Of a stretch of DNA of 64,000 nt, positions 11,870 to 25,600 are shown piece by piece. The notes below the pieces were generated by a model. It did not search any database. It was not told where the DNA came from and saw only the letters and a list, made by a program, of their open reading frames with translations. The position numbers and the translations under genes are program-made. Positions within the stretch are counted from its first letter, which is position 1; each line of letters opens with the position of its first letter. Origin of the DNA: Ranitomeya imitator (taxonomy: Eukaryota); contig NC_091288.1 in assembly GCF_032444005.1 (NCBI RefSeq), positions 187,240,001-187,304,000 on the forward strand, written 5' to 3'.

Positions 11870-14800
11870 TTGTGTTCTCTTCTGTCCTCACAACCCAAAG
11901 GCTCTTATCAGAGCCGCCCACATCTCAGTGAGAGGCTGCACCTTCCTATTCCTGCGCTATGGTTCCTGGTGGTCTTAAAATCTAGGTTAATAAATGGTTT
12001 AGAAACCTTTCACGAGCCACAAACCTCTTCGTGTAAGGCTAAATGTACCTCGCTGTGCTGTGATCTTCTGTCTCCTGTGCGCTGGTGACTTCTCTACGCT
12101 CTTATGTGATTTCGGCAGTGAACAAGGCAAACGCATGTGCAGAAAGACGGATGATGATACCTGACACTAACGGATAAACACTGTTCCGCGGTCCCGGGTA
12201 CCGACCTCTGATGCTGGGTATGGGCGGATGGTTCTGTTGTAGCTTTGGGTGTTTGAATTTCCCGCCTTGTGGCTTCAGTTTCTTCCTGCAGCTCGTGGTG
12301 TCAGGACTGGCGGCTGTAGGACGATGTTTGTGTACAATGATGGCTTGTTCTGAATGAGTGCCTCACATGTATCTAGGCTTCCCAGATAAGGGAGCAATAT
12401 TCACTGGATAGAGCTGGAGCTCAGCAGAGCTGTGGGTTCCCGGTGGAAGGAGTGAAGCCGCATTATCCAGATTCTGGGATGTGCCTGCAGTGTGTGATCT
12501 GGGACCAGGGTCTTTTCCATTATCTTGACCTAGAAAGACTTACCTGGTTTTCCCAAGCAGATCCCTCTACAGCTCTAATAACGGGCAACTCCCGGCGTTT
12601 TCTAAATCTGATGTTGTCCTAAGATGCTGCTTTTATTGGGCGCTGATTAGTATCGGGCGCAGCGTCTCTGCAGGGCACAATATCCCCCGTGCGGCTGCCT
12701 GTAGTATCGGTCACAGCCTGGGACGTGTCTTCTATACTCTCCCCTCTTATTTTCCTCCCCGTCTTTCCATACTAGAGCCGGCACCGCAAACTTCGGGTGA
12801 TGCGGTTTGTTCTCATTGATCTATTACATAAACCTCACAGATTTATGGGGGCTATATCCGCACACTGCCTCCCAGAGACCCCTCTATGCAGACAGTACAG
12901 ACCCCGGAGTGATGCGGTTACTACAGTCCTGCCGTGAGATGAATGTGTTGATTCTGCTACTTGATGTTATACTGAACAGGGGGCAGCGGATATTCACAGG
13001 GGATGTGGCTGTCTGAGGCAGCTGGATGGACGGACGCCCTGTGTACCGGGTACGGAGACTCCTGTGTGATGGCCACGTCCTGGACACTAAGGTTTCGGAT
13101 GGATGGCGCCTCTGAAGACTATTATAACCTCCCCAGAATAATAATGGTAACCGATAAGAAAACCGATCCCCGTGTTTGGGGGCAGACAGATGGGAGGACA
13201 GGACCCGGTATTGGTGATCGCCGCTCCAGCAGAGGGACCGGTAATAATCCGACGGACGAAGAACAGAGATTGAGCGGGAAATTCAAAACCATCAACGGAT
13301 CTGTAATCAGCCAATGAGCGAGAGACATCCGCAGGCGCCGACCAATCCCAGATACAGGAATATCCGCCTCCATTAACTCCTTAGTGGCCGTGTGTGCTGA
13401 CCCCCATTACACACTCGCTTTACAGACCCGGCAGCGTCACATCAGGCTCCGGGCTTTCTCTCTCTCTCGCAGGCAGAGCTGATCAATCCTTCATGTCAGC
13501 ACCTCTCCAGAATGAGGCTGATGCACTAGATTTTCTCGGCACCGCCATCCGCACGTGGGGTGCTGCTGTAATCCCGTTCATTATCCTCAATTTTCCTCTG
13601 CACATCTCCACATCCAGCCAAGTGATCGCTGGGACCAGTATACTCATCAGCATTGCCAATACTTCGATATGTAGCAAAGGAGGAGTGGTGTAAAAATTTG
13701 GGGGGCATTTTGAGGGCAACCCAAACGTTGTGCCCCACCAAAAAATGCCCCGGTTGACCCAAATCATTCTGAAAAAAATTACCACACACTCTTAAAGTGT
13801 TCCTCTACACACCCTGCGAATTTGTGGTCGACAGACCCAAGCCGGGCTGAGCAGTGACCCTGCGCACCATAGACTTCAATGGGCAGGGTCACTTTGGGGA
13901 GTCTCTGCTCAGCCCAATTTGTGGCTATCAACCACACATTTTCAGGTTGTGTAGCGTACCGTAGCTCTAGTAGACCAGTGCTGTAAAAATTTGGGGGACA
14001 TTTTGAGATCACCCCAAAAATATGCCCACCCCCAAACTTCTGAACAAATTAACCTACACTCTTGAATTGTTCCTCTACACACCCTGAAAATGTGGGGTTG
14101 ATAGGCACAAATCAGGCTGAGCAGTGACACTGTGCGCGATAGGCTTCAATGGGCAGGGCAGCTTTGGGGGGTAACTGCTCAGACCAGATTGGGGCTATCT
14201 ACCTGAAATTTTCATAGTGTGTAGAGGAACAATTCATTAGTTGGGCTATTTTTTCAGAATTGTTAGGTTAATAGGAAGGAGGCTTTTTTTTTTTTTGGGG
14301 GGGGGGGGGGCATAACTTTTGGGGTGCCCTCAAAGTGCCACCCTCAATTTTTTACACTATTGGTTCGCTAGGGGTACTCTACACACCCTGAAAATTTGGG
14401 GTTGATAGCCCCCACATCGTACAATCAGCTCCCTGTGCGATAGACATTGGAGTAAAGGTCCCTGTGATGGAGACAAGAGCCGGGAACAGGAGGAACGAGC
14501 TCCCGCAGCAGATTTATCTCCCCGGTACACAGTGAGGTGCAGATCGGGAGGACGGCGGCGATGATCCTAATCTGAAAGAATGTTTCGGCACTCAAAATTT
14601 ATATGCTTGAAAAAAAGAAAATTTTATTGGAGATATATGTTTCAGAAAATCGTTGTAACGTTTCGGTCATAACATTGACCTTCGTCAAACTGGAGTACAT
14701 AAAACAGAAAGAGATAATATCTTAATATAATACAATCAGTGTCCATCAAAAATGGAAATACAGTATTGAACCAAAATTCATATCAATAAAAATACAAAAG

Positions 14801-15938
14801 AATATTTTTGGTAAAAAGAGAACAGTTCTAGTCTGGTCTAGATAAGACGTTAAATCGGTGATGATTAGCTGCAGAACAGTTTCACATAGATTTAATATAA
14901 ATGTTATATGGCATAATATATGTTCTGATAATAGGTTTACACAGGACAATTGAGATCACATTAGTCATGATTTTTTTTTATATATCAGATGTCTCCAATT
15001 CTGAGAGGAAATATTGAAAAAAACAACCAAGTAAAAACAGAAAATAAAAAATAAAAAAAGGAAAGAAAAAAATAGATGGACTTAGGTCTTACCAAGTATA
15101 TTAAACGTGCATAATCATGTGTGCGGTCCTATTTATCTCTGTGAGTGGGAAAGGACCATCTATGTCCTAATCCTAAAGACAAAGAAACGGAATACCTAAT
15201 TGTACTAAACTGGTATATCAAGATAGGTGATATTCACAATCAGAAACATCGGGCAGGTGATTGCAATCAGCCCCCGATGTGGATCATCTACTAATGTGCA
15301 ACACGTGTCCCCCCCAATACTCTGCACTTATGGGGTACAGTGATATCACAGGTCAGGGAGGGGGCAGTCAGCGGAGGCCGTCGCCTGTGTTACCCTTCTG
15401 GGTTCTCAGCAGCTCCAGCTCGTCCCCACATCTTACAATCAGCTTCCTGTGCGATAAACATTGGAGTAAAGATCCCTGTGATGGTGACAAGAGCCGGGGA
15501 CAGGAGGAACGAGCTCCCGCAGCAGATTTATCTCCCCGGGTACACAGTGAGGTGCAGATCGGGAGGACGGCGGCGATGATCCCGGGATATTCTCTCCGCT
15601 CTTTCCCGGCATCTCTGCTAGTGACGGCTACAAATGGCCGGTGGAGATGTTGGAGAAGGGGAGGCGACGGAGGAAGCGCGCTCTGCTGTCTGGTGTTAGC
15701 CGGTAAAGGGCTTTTATCCCGGGCAGGGAAACACAAGGGGAGAGCGGAGCTTAACCCGGACTCAGCTGGGAGGAGGCGGGGCCTGTGTCCAGTGTCAGCC
15801 AATAGAAGCTCAGGACGGTGCAGCTCAGCAGCCAATCAGTGCGCAGTAAGCCTGTACATATAACAGGCGCCTCCAGCTCCGGCCTCAGTATTTTCCTTCC
15901 TGTCAAGAAGTATTTTCGTTTTGCTTCTGCAGCACATG

Positions 15939-16574
15939 ATGGCAGAGACCGCGCCAGCCGCCGCTCCACCTCCCGCAGAACCGGCCGCCAAATCCAAGAA
16001 GCAGCCGAAGAAATCCGCCGCCAAGAAGAGCAATAAACCCTCCGGCCCCAGCGTCTCCGAGCTGATCGTGAAAGCCGTGTCCGCCTCCAAGGAGCGCAGC
16101 GGGGTGTCTCTGGCCGCCCTGAAGAAGGCTCTGTCTGCCGGAGGATACGATGTAGAGAAGAACAACAGCCGCCTGAAGCTGGCCGTCAGGTCTCTGGTCA
16201 CCAAGGGCGCCCTCCTCCAGGTGAAGGGCAGCGGCGCCTCCGGGTCCTTCAAGCTGAACAAGAAGCAGGAGACGAAGGACAAAGTGGCCAAGAAGAAGCC
16301 AGCAGCTGCGGCCAAACCCAAGAAACCCGCTGCTGCCAAGAAAGCCGCCAAATCTCCGAAGAAGCCCAAAAAGGCTCCGACCGCGGCCAAGAAGAGCCCG
16401 AAAAAGGCCAAGAAGCCCGCAGCTGCCAAGAAAGCGGCCAAGAGCCCCAAGAAGCCGAAAGCCGCTCCCAAGCCCAAGAAGGTGACGAAGAGTCCGGCTA
16501 AGAAGGCGGCCAAACCCGCCAAGAGTCCGGCTAAGAAGGCTGCGAAAGCCAAGAAGCCCGCGGCTAAGAAATAA
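15939..16574 (+). CDS. H1: Linker histone H1
   Basis: Same protein as 5034-5669; stem-loop GGCTCTTATAAGAGCC at 16603-16618. Confidence 0.98.
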   Translation: MAETAPAAAPPPAEPAAKSKKQPKKSAAKKSNKPSGPSVSELIVKAVSASKERSGVSLAALKKALSAGGYDVEKNNSRLKLAVRSLVTKGALLQVKGSGASGSFKLNKKQETKDKVAKKKPAAAAKPKKPAAAKKAAKSPKKPKKAPTAAKKSPKKAKKPAAAKKAAKSPKKPKAAPKPKKVTKSPAKKAAKPAKSPAKKAAKAKKPAAKK

Positions 16575-16618
16575 GCTGCAGCCCCTGTTCTGTTACCACA
16601 AAGGCTCTTATAAGAGCC

Positions 16619-19600
16619 ACCACCTCCTCCCCGCAGAGCTGTATGATCAGTGCCACCACCTCCTCCCCGCAAAGCTGTATGATCAGTGCCATCACCTCCT
16701 CCCCGCAGAGCTGTATGATCAGTGCCACCACCTCCTCCCCGCAGAGCTGTATGATCAGTGCCACCACCTCCTCCCCGCAGAGCTGTATGATCAGTGCCAC
16801 CACCTCCTCCCCGCAGAGCTGTATGATCAGTGCCACCACCTCCTCCCCGCAGAGCTGTATGATCAGTGCCACCACCTCCTCCCCGCAGAGCTGTATGATC
16901 AGAGCCATCACCTCCTCCCCGCAGAGCTGTATGATCAGAGCCATCACCTTTTCCCCGCAGAGCTGTATGATCAGAGCCACCTTCTCCACGCAGAGCTGTA
17001 TGATCAGTGCCACCACCTCCTCCTCGCAGAGCTGTATGATCAGAGCCACCACCTCCTCCCCGCAGAGCTGTATGATCAGAGCCATCACCTCCCCGCAGAG
17101 CTGTATGATCAGAGCCATCGCCTTCTCCCCGCAGAGCTGTATGATCAGTGCCACCACCTCCTCGCAGAGCTGTATGATCAGTGCCACCTTCTCCCCGCAG
17201 AGCTGTATGATCAGAGCCATCACCTTCTCCTCGCAGAGCTGTATGATCAGTGCCACCACCTCCTCGCCGAGCTGTATGATCAGTGCCACCTTCTCCCCGC
17301 AGAGCTGTATGATCAGAGCCATCACCTTCCCGCAGAGCTGTATGATCAGAGCCATCACCTTCCCGCAGAGCTGTATGATCAGTGCCACCACCTCCTCGCA
17401 GAGCTGTATGATCAGTGCCACCTTCTCCCCGCAGAGCTGTATGATCAGAGCCACCACCTCCTCCCCGCAGAGCTGTATGATCAGAGCCATCACCTCCTCC
17501 CCGCAGAGCTGTATGATCAGTGACACCACCTCCTCGCAGAGCTGTATGATCAGTGCCACCTTCTCCCCGCAGAGCTGTATGATCAGAGCCATCACCTTCT
17601 CCCCGCAGATCTGTATGATCAGAGCCACCTTCTCCCCGCAGAGCTGTATGATCAGAGCCACCTTCTCCCCGCAGAGCTGTATGATCAGAGCCACCACCTC
17701 CTCCACGCAGAGCTGTATGATCAGAGCCACCACCTCCTCCCCGCAGAGCTGTATGATCAGTGCCACCACCTCCTCGCAGAGCTGTATGATCAGAGCCACC
17801 TTCTCCCCGCAGAGCTGTATGATCAGAGCCATCACCTTCTCCCCGCAGAGCTGTATGATCAGAGCCACCTTCTCCCCGCAGAGCTGTATGATCAGTGCCA
17901 CCACCTCCTCGCAGAGCTGTATGATCAGTGCCACCTTCTCCCCGCAGAGCTGTATGATCAGAGCCATCACCTTCCCGCAGAGCTGTATGATCAGAGCCAT
18001 CACCTTCCCGCAGAGCTGTATGATCAGTGCCACCACCTCCTCGCAGAGCTGTATGATCAGTGCCACCTTCTCCCCGCAGAGCTGTATGATCAGAGCCACC
18101 ACCTCCTCCCCGCAGAGCTGTATGATCAGAGCCATCACCTCCTCCCCGCAGAGCTGTATGATCAGTGACACCACCTCCTCGCAGAGCTGTATGATCAGTG
18201 CCACCTTCTCCCCGCAGAGCTGTATGATCAGAGCCATCACCTTCTCCCCGCAGATCTGTATGATCAGAGCCACCTTCTCCCCGCAGAGCTGTATGATCAG
18301 AGCCACCTTCTCCCCGCAGAGCTGTATGATCAGAGCCACCACCTCCTCCACGCAGAGCTGTATGATCAGAGCCACCACCTCCTCCCCGCAGAGCTGTATG
18401 ATCAGTGCCACCACCTCCTCGCAGAGCTGTATGATCAGAGCCACCTTCTCCCCGCAGAGCTGTATGATCAGAGCCATCACCTTCTCCCCGCAGAGCTGTA
18501 TGATCAGAGCCACCTTCTCCCCGCAGAGCTGTATGATCAGTGCCACCACCTCCTCGCAGAGCTGTATGATCAGAGCCACCACCTCCTCCCCGCAGAGCTG
18601 TATGATCAGAGCCATCACCTCCCCGCAGAGCTGTATGATCAGAGCCATCACCTTCTCTCCGCAGAGCTGTATGATCAGAGCCACCTTCTCCCCGCAGAGC
18701 TGTATGACCAGAGCCATCACCTTCTCCCCGCAGAGCTGTATGATCAGTGCCACCACCTCCTCGCAGAGCTGTATGATCAGAGCCACCTTCTCCCCGCAGA
18801 GCTGTATGATCAGAGCCATCACCTTCTCCCCGCAGAGCTGTATGATCAGAGCCACCTTCTCCCCGCAGAGCTGTATGATCAGTGCCACCACCTCCTCGCA
18901 GAGCTGTATGATCAGAGCCACCACCTCCTCCCCGCAGAGCTGTATGATCAGAGCCATCACCTCCCCGCAGAGCTGTATGATCAGAGCCATCACCTTCTCT
19001 CCGCAGAGCTGTATGATCAGAGCCACCTTCTCCCCGCAGAGCTGTATGATCAGAGCCATCACCTTCTCCTCGCAGAGCTGTATGATCAGTGCCACCACCT
19101 CCTCGCAGAGCTGTATGATCATTGCCACCACCTCCTCCCCGCAGAGCTGTATGATCAGTGCCACCACCTCCTCTCCGCAGAGCTGTATGATCAGAGCCAT
19201 CACCTCCTCCCCGCAGAGCTGTATGATCAGAGCCATCACCTTTTCCCCGCAGAGCTGTATGATCAGAGCCACCTTCTCCACGCAGAGCTGTATGATCAGT
19301 GCCACCACCTCCTCCTCGCAGAGCTGTATGATCAGAGCCACCACCTCCTCCCCGCAGAGCTGTATGATCAGAGCCACCTTCTCCCCGCAGAGCTGTATGA
19401 TCAGAGCCACCACCTCCTCCACGCAGAGCTGTATGATCAGTGCCACCACCTCCTCCTCGCAGAGCTGTATGATCAGAGCCACCACCTCCTCCCCGCAGAG
19501 CTGTATGATCAGAGCCATCACCTCCCCGCAGAGCTGTATGATCAGAGCCATCGCCTTCTCCCCGCAGAGCTGTATGATCAGTGCCACCACCTCCTCGCAG

Positions 19601-22600
19601 AGCTGTATGATCAGTGCCACCTTCTCCCCGCAGAGCTGTATGATCAGAGCCATCACCTTCTCCTCGCAGAGCTGTATGATCAGTGCCACCACCTCCTCGC
19701 CGAGCTGTATGATCAGTGCCACCTTCTCCCCGCAGAGCTGTATGATCAGAGCCATCACCTTCCCGCAGAGCTGTATGATCAGAGCCATCACCTTCCCGCA
19801 GAGCTGTATGATCAGTGCCACCACCTCCTCGCAGAGCTGTATGATCAGTGCCACCTTCTCCCCGCAGAGCTGTATGATCAGAGCCACCACCTCCTCCCCG
19901 CAGAGCTGTATGATCAGAGCCATCACCTCCTCCCCGCAGAGCTGTATGATCAGTGACACCACCTCCTCGCAGAGCTGTATGATCAGTGCCACCTTCTCCC
20001 CGCAGAGCTGTATGATCAGAGCCATCACCTTCTCCCCGCAGATCTGTATGATCAGAGCCACCTTCTCCCCGCAGAGCTGTATGATCAGAGCCACCTTCTC
20101 CCCGCAGAGCTGTATGATCAGAGCCACCACCTCCTCCACGCAGAGCTGTATGATCAGAGCCACCACCTCCTCCCCGCAGAGCTGTATGATCAGTGCCACC
20201 ACCTCCTCGCAGAGCTGTATGATCAGAGCCACCTTCTCCCCGCAGAGCTGTATGATCAGAGCCATCACCTTCTCCCCGCAGAGCTGTATGATCAGAGCCA
20301 CCTTCTCCCCGCAGAGCTGTATGATCAGTGCCACCACCTCCTCGCAGAGCTGTATGATCAGAGCCACCACCTCCTCCCCGCAGAGCTGTATGATCAGAGC
20401 CATCACCTCCCCGCAGAGCTGTATGATCAGAGCCATCACCTTCTCTCCGCAGAGCTGTATGATCAGAGCCACCTTCTCCCCGCAGAGCTGTATGATCAGA
20501 GCCATCACCTTCTCCTCGCAGAGCTGTATGATCAGAGCCACCTTCTCCCCGCAGAGCTGTATGATCAGTGCCACCACCTCCTCGCAGAGCTGTATGATCA
20601 GAGCCACCTTCTCCCCGCAGAGCTGTATGATCAGAGCCACCTTCTCCCCGCAGAGCTGTATGATCAGAGCCACCTTCTCCCCGCAGAGCTGTATGATCAG
20701 AGCCATCACCTCCCCGCAGAGCTGTATGATCAGAGCCATCACCTTCTCCCCGCAGAGCTGTATGATCAGAGCCACCTTCTCCCCGCAGAGCTGTATGATC
20801 AGTGCCACCACCTCCTCGCCGAGCTGTATGATCAGTGCCACCTTCTCCCCGCAGAGCTGTATGATCAGAGCCATCACCTTCCCGCAGAGCTGTATGATCA
20901 GTGCCACCACCTCCTCGCAGAGCTGTATGATCAGTGCCACCTTCTCCCCGCAGAGCTGTATGATCAGAGCCACCACCTCCTCGCAGAGCTGTATGATCAG
21001 AGCCATCACCTTCTCCCCGCAGAGCTGTATGATCAGAGCCATCACCTTCTCCCCGCAGAGCTGTATGATCAGAGCCACCTTCTCCCCGCAGAGCTGTATG
21101 ATCAGTGCCACCACCTCCTCGCAGAGCTGTATGATCAGAGCCACCACCTCCTCCCCGCAGAGCTGTATGATCAGAGCCATCACCTCCCCGCAGAGCTGTA
21201 TGATCAGAGCCATCACCTTCTCTCCGCAGAGCTGTATGATCAGAGCCACCTTCTCCCCGCAGAGCTGTATGATCAGTGCCATCACCTCCTCCCCGCAGAG
21301 CTGTATGATCAGTGCCACCACCTCCTCCCCGCAGAGCTGTATGATCAGTGCCACCACCTCCTCCCCGCAGAGCTGTATGATCAGTGCCACCACCTCCTCC
21401 CCGCAGAGCTGTATGATCAGTGCCACCACCTCCTCCCCGCAGAGCTGTATGATCAGAGCCATCACCTCCTCCCCGCAGAGCTGTATGATCAGAGCCATCA
21501 CCTTCTCCCCGCAGAGCTGTATGATCAGAGCCACCTTCTCCACGCAGAGCTGTATGATCAGTGCCACCACCTCCTCCTCGCAGAGCTGTATGATCAGAGC
21601 CACCACCTCCTCCCCGCAGAGCTGTATGATCAGAGCCATCACCTCCCCGCAGAGCTGTATGATCAGTGCCACCACCTCCTCGCAGAGCTGTATGATCAGT
21701 GCCACCTTCTCCCCGCAGAGCTGTATGATCAGAGCCATCACCTTCTCCTCGCAGAGCTGTATGATCAGTGCCACCACCTCCTCGCCGAGCTGTATGATCA
21801 GTGCCACCTTCTCCCCGCAGAGCTGTATGATCAGAGCCATCACCTTCCCGCAGAGCTGTATGATCAGAGCCATCACCTTCCCGCAGAGCTGTATGATCAG
21901 TGCCACCACCTCCTCGCAGAGCTGTATGATCAGTGCCACCTTCTCCCCGCAGAGCTGTATGATCAGAGCCACCACCTCCTCCCCGCAGAGCTGTATGATC
22001 AGAGCCATCACCTCCTCCCCGCAGAGCTGTATGATCAGTGACACCACCTCCTCGCAGAGCTGTATGATCAGTGCCACCTTCTCCCCGCAGAGCTGTATGA
22101 TCAGAGCCATCACCTTCTCCCCGCAGATCTGTATGATCAGAGCCACCTTCTCCCCGCAGAGCTGTATGATCAGAGCCACCTTCTCCCCGCAGAGCTGTAT
22201 GATCAGAGCCACCACCTCCTCCACGCAGAGCTGTATGATCAGAGCCACCACCTCCTCCCCGCAGAGCTGTATGATCAGTGCCACCACCTCCTCGCAGAGA
22301 TGTATGATCAGAGCCACCTTCTCCCCGCAGAGCTGTATGATCAGAGCCATCACCTTCTCCCCGCAGAGCTGTATGATCAGAGCCACCTTCTCCCCGCAGA
22401 GCTGTATGATCAGTGCCACCACCTCCTCGCAGAGCTGTATGATCAGAGCCACCACCTCCTCCCCGCAGAGCTGTATGATCAGAGCCATCACCTCCCCGCA
22501 GAGCTGTATGATCAGAGCCATCACCTTCTCTCCGCAGAGCTGTATGATCAGAGCCACCTTCTCCCCGCAGAGCTGTATGATCAGAGCCATCACCTTCTCC

Positions 22601-25600
22601 TCGCAGAGCTGTATGATCAGAGCCACCTTCTCCCCGCAGAGCTGTATGATCAGTGCCACCACCTCCTCGCAGAGCTGTATGATCAGAGCCACCTTCTCCC
22701 CGCAGAGCTGTATGATCAGTGCCACCACCTCCTCGCCGAGCTGTATGATCAGTGCCACCTTCTCCCCGCAGAGCTGTATGATCAGAGCCATCACCTCCCC
22801 GCAGAGCTGTATGATCAGAGCCATCACCTCCCCGCAGAGCTGTATGATCAGAGCCATCACCTTCTCCCCGCAGAGCTGTATGATCAGAGCCACCTTCTCC
22901 CCGCAGAGCTGTATGATCAGTGCCACCACCTCCTCGCCGAGCTGTATGATCAGTGCCACCTTCTCCCCGCAGAGCTGTATGATCAGAGCCATCACCTTCC
23001 CGCAGAGCTGTATGATCAGTGCCACCACCTCCTCGCAGAGCTGTATGATCAGTGCCACCTTCTCCCCGCAGAGCTGTATGATCAGAGCCACCACCTCCTC
23101 GCAGAGCTGTATGATCAGAGCCATCACCTTCTCCCCGCAGAGCTGTATGATCAGAGCCATCACCTTCTCCCCGCAGAGCTGTATGATCAGAGCCACCTTC
23201 TCCCCGCAGAGCTGTATGATCAGTGCCACCACCTCCTCGCAGAGCTGTATGATCAGAGCCACCACCTCCTCCCCGCAGAGCTGTATGATCAGAGCCATCA
23301 CCTCCCCGCAGAGCTGTATGATCAGAGCCATCACCTTCTCTCCGCAGAGCTGTATGATCAGAGCCACCTTCTCCCCGCAGAGCTGTATGATCAGTGCCAC
23401 CACCTCCTCGCAGAGCTGTATGATCAGTGCCACTTTCTCCCCGCAGAGCTGTATGATCAGAGCCATCACCTTCTCCTCGCAGAGCTGTATGATCAGAGCC
23501 ACCTTCTCCCCGCAGAGCTGTATGATCAGTGCCACCACCTCCTCGCAGAGCTGTATGATCAGAGCCACCTTCTCCCTGCAGAGCTGTATGATCAGAGCCA
23601 TCACCTCCCCGCAGAGCTGTATGATCAGAGCCATCACCTTCTCCCCACAGAGCTGTATGATCAGAGCCACCTTCTCCCCGCAGAGCTGTATGATCAGTGC
23701 CACCACCTCCTCGCAGAGCTGTATGATCAGAGCCACCTTCTCCCCGCAGAGCTGTATGATCAGAGCCATCACCTTCCCGCAGAGCTGTATGATCAGTGTC
23801 ACCACCTCCTCGCAGAGCTGTATGATCAGTGTCACCACCTCCTCGTCGCAGAGCTGTATGATCAGAGCCACCTTCTCCCCGCAGAGCTGTATGATCAGAG
23901 CCATCACTTCCTCCCCGCAGAGCTGTATGATCAGAGCCATCACCTCCCCGCAGAGCTGTATGATCAGAGCCATCACCTTCTCCTCGCAGAGCTGTATGAT
24001 CAGTGCCACCACCTCCTCGCCGAGCTGTATGATCAGTGCCACCTTCTCCCCGCAGAGCTGTATGATCAGAGCCATCACCTTCCCGCAGAGCTGTATGATC
24101 AGAGCCATCACCTTCCCGCAGAGCTGTATGATCAGTGCCACCACCTCCTCGCAGAGCTGTATGATCAGTGCCACCTTCTCCCCGCAGAGCTGTATGATCA
24201 GAGCCACCACCTCCTCCCCGCAGAGCTGTATGATCAGAGCCATCACCTCCTCCCCGCAGAGCTGTATGATCAGTGACACCACCTCCTCGCAGAGCTGTAT
24301 GATCAGTGCCACCTTCTCCCCGCAGAGCTGTATGATCAGAGCCATCACCTTCTCCCCGCAGATCTGTATGATCAGAGCCACCTTCTCCCCGCAGAGCTGT
24401 ATGATCAGAGCCACCTTCTCCCCGCAGAGCTGTATGATCAGAGCCACCACCTCCTCCACGCAGAGCTGTATGATCAGAGCCACCACCTCCTCCCCGCAGA
24501 GCTGTATGATCAGTGCCACCACCTCCTCGCAGAGCTGTATGATCAGAGCCACCTTCTCCCCGCAGAGCTGTATGATCAGAGCCATCACCTTCTCCCCGCA
24601 GAGCTGTATGATCAGAGCCACCTTCTCCCCGCAGAGCTGTATGATCAGTGCCACCACCTCCTCGCAGAGCTGTATGATCAGAGCCACCACCTCCTCCCCG
24701 CAGAGCTGTATGATCAGAGCCATCACCTCCCCGCAGAGCTGTATGATCAGAGCCATCACCTTCTCTCCGCAGAGCTGTATGATCAGAGCCACCTTCTCCC
24801 CGCAGAGCTGTATGATCAGAGCCATCACCTTCTCCTCGCAGAGCTGTATGATCAGAGCCACCTTCTCCCCGCAGAGCTGTATGATCAGTGCCACCACCTC
24901 CTCGCAGAGCTGTATGATCAGAGCCACCTTCTCCCCGCAGAGCTGTATGATCAGAGCCACCTTCTCCCCGCAGAGCTGTATGATCAGAGCCATCACCTCC
25001 CCGCAGAGCTGTATGATCAGAGCCATCACCTTCTCCCCGCAGAGCTGTATGATCAGAGCCACCTTCTCCCCGCAGAGCTGTATGATCAGTGCCACCACCT
25101 CCTCGCCGAGCTGTATGATCAGTGCCACCTTCTCCCCGCAGAGCTGTATGATCAGAGCCATCACCTTCCCGCAGAACTGTATGATCAGTGCCACCACCTC
25201 CTCGCAGAGCTGTATGATCAGTGCCACCTTCTCCCCGCAGAGCTGTATGATCAGAGCCACCACCTCCTCGCAGAGCTGTATGATCAGAGCCATCACCTTC
25301 TCCCCGCAGAGCTGTATGATCAGAGCCATCACCTTCTCCCCGCAGAGCTGTATGATCAGAGCCACCTTCTCCCCGCAGAGCTGTATGATCAGTGCCACCA
25401 CATCCTCGCAGAGCTGTATGATCAGAGCCACCACCTCCTCCCCGCAGAGCTGTATGATCAGAGCCATCACCTCCCCGCAGAGCTGTATGATCAGAGCCAT
25501 CACCTTCTCTCCGCAGAGCTGTATGATCAGAGCCACCTTCTCCCCGCAGAGCTGTATGATCAGTGCCATCACCTCCTTCCCGCAGAGCTGTATGATCAGT